24,581 nucleotides of DNA, taken from positions 1-24,581 of the forward strand of contig JAZDOG010000059.1 in assembly GCA_043798915.1 (NCBI GenBank), written 5' to 3'. This stretch comes from Pseudomonadota bacterium (lineage in GTDB: Bacteria; UBA10199; 2-02-FULL-44-16; JAAZCA01). The first letter of the stretch is position 1; each line of letters starts with the position of its first letter. The translations under genes and the position numbers were made by a program. This document shows positions 23,913 to 24,581 of the stretch, one piece after another. Below the pieces are notes generated by a model. The model had not been told where the DNA came from and ran no database searches. It saw only the letters and a program-made list of their open reading frames with translations.

Positions 23913-24581
23913 ATGACACGACGAATTCTGATCACCGGGTCGGCTGGCTACCTGGGCTCCAAGGCGGTCGATCTCCTGGCCGCGCGCGGTGGTTTCGAGG
24001 TGTATGGCATCGACATCCGCGAGCCGGCAAACCGGTCCTCCTACAAAATGTTCGTCAAGGGCTCCGTCGCGGATCAGCGGGCGATGCAGGCGATCTTCGA
24101 CCGCGCGAAACCCTCCGTGGCGGTCCATCTCGCTTTCGTCGTGACGACGACGCACGACAGGCGCCTTGAGGAATCCGTCGCGATCGACGGGACGCGCAAT
24201 TTTCTGGAAGGCTGCGAAAGGGCGGCGGTGCCGAAGGCCGTGTACCTCTCCAGCGCCGCCGCATACGGCGCGCATGAAGACAACGAATCTCCTCTCACCG
24301 AGACTTCTCCGGTGAGGGGCGTAGACGGCTACGGATATTCCAGGCTCAAGGCGCGCTCCGACGGCATGGCCTGTGAGTTCATGGCCGAGCACGGCGCATG
24401 TGAGTTTGCGATCCTGCGGCCGTGCCTCTTCGTCGGCCCGAACACGCGCAATAATTTCTTCGACGTGCTTGGCTACCCCATCGTGCCGCAGATCGTGGAC
24501 GGCAAGGGAGTGCGCGATCCGCTCTTTCAGTTCATCCACGAAGACGACATGGCAGAGTGCCTCGCGGCGGCGATAGAGAAG
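23913..24581 (+). CDS. NAD-dependent epimerase/dehydratase (extended SDR), 3'-partial
   Basis: Absent from the ORF track because it has no stop in the window. Translation from ATG 23913: MTRRILITGSAGYLG (GxxGxxG), VHLAF, VYLSSAAAYG, YSRLK (YxxxK), LRPCLFVGP, QFIHEDD. Confidence 0.93.
   Translation, partial: MTRRILITGSAGYLGSKAVDLLAARGGFEVYGIDIREPANRSSYKMFVKGSVADQRAMQAIFDRAKPSVAVHLAFVVTTTHDRRLEESVAIDGTRNFLEGCERAAVPKAVYLSSAAAYGAHEDNESPLTETSPVRGVDGYGYSRLKARSDGMACEFMAEHGACEFAILRPCLFVGPNTRNNFFDVLGYPIVPQIVDGKGVRDPLFQFIHEDDMAECLAAAIEK

Noticed and set aside
23742..24539. 265-aa minus-strand ORF at the window end
   Set aside because: It is antisense to a clear SDR epimerase reading frame starting at 23913 on the plus strand.

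Overview
Bacterial chromosomal window. Gene style and the MYXO-CTERM-like Cys-rich proteins suggest a delta-proteobacterial (Myxococcota/Bdellovibrionota-like) organism; this is inference only. Left to right: (1) an AT-rich two-gene islet encoding a secreted peptidase-M15 Zn-metallopeptidase (start lies upstream of the window) and a translationally linked HEAT-repeat-like lipoprotein, a candidate wall hydrolase/self-protection pair; (2) GC-rich housekeeping genes hemC-hemD, a secreted hypothetical protein, and purB-purS-purQ-purL-purF, with two copies of a REP-like palindromic element in front of hemD and purL; (3) two tandem paralogous giant Cys-rich secreted proteins (1277 and 1593 aa, minus strand). 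They have divergent N-terminal tips, different internal tandem arrays (39-aa and 68-aa units), a near-identical C-terminal domain and a GxGCS sorting motif. One keeps the TM+basic tail and a consensus sigma54 promoter; the other lacks the tail and has a broken sigma54 box. An unannotated 54-aa basic ORF lies between them; (4) divergent sigma28-like promoters facing a Gly-rich hydrophobic-hairpin protein and the first of two signal-less coiled-coil paralogues that share an unrecognised helical domain and a conserved charged C-terminal tail; (5) an NAD-dependent epimerase/dehydratase cut off by the window end. No rRNA, tRNA, CRISPR array, transposase or integrase was seen.
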